Positions 62,390 to 64,000 of a DNA stretch of 64,000 nucleotides are shown piece by piece; the first letter of the stretch is position 1, and each line of letters opens with the position of its first letter. This DNA is from Squalus acanthias. Lineage: Eukaryota. The notes under the pieces were generated by a model. The model saw nothing but the letters and a program-made list of their open reading frames with translations, did not search any database and was not told the origin of the DNA. The stretch spans positions 1 to 64,000 of the forward strand of contig JASTWF010000180.1 of NCBI GenBank assembly GCA_030390025.1. The letters are read 5' to 3'. A program made the position numbers and the translations under genes.

Positions 62390-63540
62390 ATATAACACAA
62401 GAAATAAGAGCCAGGAGTAGGCCATTTGGCCCATCGAGCCTGCTCCGCCATTCAATCATATCATCTCCGCTTTCCTGCACTATCCCCATATCCCTTGATT
62501 TCCTTAATAATCAAAAATCTATCGATCTCAGTCTTGAATATACTTAACGACTAAGGCTCCACAGCCTCTGGGGTAGAGAGTTCCAAAGATTCACCACCCA
62601 CTGAGTGAAGAAATTTCTCCTCATCTCAGTCCTAAATGGCAGACCCCTTATTCTGAGACAGTGACCCTTGGTTCTAGACTCCCCAGTCCCTGCATCGACC
62701 CTCTCAAGCCCTGTAAGAATTTTGTATGTTTCAATGAGATCGCCTCTCATTCTTCTAAACTCTAGAGAATATAGGCCGAGTCTACTCAATCTCTCCTCAT
62801 AGGACAAACCCCCCATCGCAGGAACCAGTCTGGTGAACCTTCGTTGCACTCCCTCTATGGCAAGTATATCTTTGTTTAGGTAAGGAGATCAGAACTGTAC
62901 ACAACACTCCAGGTGTGGTCTCACCAGGGCCCTATATAATTGCAGTAAGACGGCTGTACACTTCTGCACAAATACTCTTCTAAAAATGACAACATACCAC
63001 TGGCTTTCCTAATTGCTTGCAGTACCTGCATGTTAACTTCAGTGATTCGCGTAAAAGGACGCCCAGGTCCCTCTGAACACTAACATGTCCCAACCTCTCA
63101 CCATTAAAACATACTCTGTTTTTCCATTGGATAACTTCACATTTCTCCACATTATATTCCATTTGCCATGTTCTTGCTTACTCATTTAGCCTTTTTATAT
63201 CCCCGTGAAGCCTCTTCACATCCTCCTCACAACTTACATTCCCATCCAGCATTGTATCATCAGCAAACTTTAATATATTACATTTGGTCCCCTCATCCAT
63301 ATCATTTATGTCGATTAGGAATAGCTGAGGCCCAAGCACTGATCCTTGCGGTAACCTACTAGTTACAGCCTGCCAACCCGAAAATTAACCGTTTATTCCT
63401 ACTCTCTGTTTTCTGTCCGTTAACCAATCCTCAATTCATGCAAGTATATTACCCCCAATCTCATAAGCCCTAATTTTCTTTGAGACCCTCTTGTGTGGCA
63501 CCTTATCGAATGCCTTCTGAAAATACAAATGCACCACATC
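62390..63540 (-). mobile_element. CR1 LINE 3' fragment
   Basis: QRRFTRLVP..SYEERLSRLGLYSLEFRRMRGDLIETYKI. Confidence 0.85.
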
Positions 63541-64000
63541 AACAATAATGGAAAATGTGAGGTTATGCACTTTGGCAGGAAAAATCAGAGAGCAAGTTAT
63601 TATCTTAATGGCGAGAAACTGGAAAGTACTGCAGTAAAAAGGGATCTGGGGGTCTTGGTGCAAGAAAATCAAAAAGTTAGTATGCAGGTGCAGCAGGTGA
63701 TCAAGAAAGCCAATGGAATGTTGGCTTTTATTGCTAGGGGGATAGAATATAAAAACAGGGAGGTATTGCTGCAGTTGTATAGGGTATTGGTGAGACCACA
63801 CCTGGAGTACTGCATACAGTTTTAAGAAAAGACATATTTGCTCTCGAGGCAGTACAAAGAAAGTTCACTCGGTTAATTCCGGGGATGAGTGGGTGGACAT
63901 ACGAGGAGAGGTTGAGTAGATAGGGACTCTACTCATTGGAGTTCAGAAGAATGAGAGGCGATCTTATTGAAACATATAAGATTGTGAAAGGGCTTGATTG
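63541..64000 (+). mobile_element. CR1 LINE fragment, runs off window
   Basis: KCEVMHFG...RDLGV...LVRPHLEYC. Confidence 0.85.

Noticed and set aside
19000-64000. D or J segments
   Set aside because: I found no convincing 12-spacer RSS or FGxG/WGxG exon with a donor. A systematic RSS scan would be needed to exclude them.

Overview
Cartilaginous-fish (shark-like) antigen-receptor DNA, not microbial. The left ~19 kb holds a complete IgM heavy-chain constant region on the + strand: Cmu1-Cmu4 with secretory tailpiece, TM1 and TM2. Its introns are swollen by a 3.3-kb 52-bp minisatellite, a CR1 LINE with a near-intact ORF2, a V-SINE and an RTE LINE. Starting only ~4.3 kb after TM2 and running to the window end is an array of 11 T-cell receptor alpha/delta-type V segments with 23-type RSSs, 5 on + and 6 on -. 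About 5 look intact, 1 is an ORF lacking the conserved Trp, and 5 are pseudogenes. An orphan leader, a collapsed V relic, an orphan RSS, CTCF-like motifs, Deu-SINEs, L2/CR1-group LINE fragments, a Penelope-like element with a hammerhead-like motif and a tRNA-Leu pseudogene lie among them. The main interest is an IgM cluster abutting a TCR V array, with inverted intact TCR Vs 3' of Cmu, and a Cmu3 splice donor that is out of phase with Cmu4. All alignments and counts were done by eye. The IgM V/D/J and the TCR D/J/C segments lie outside the window.
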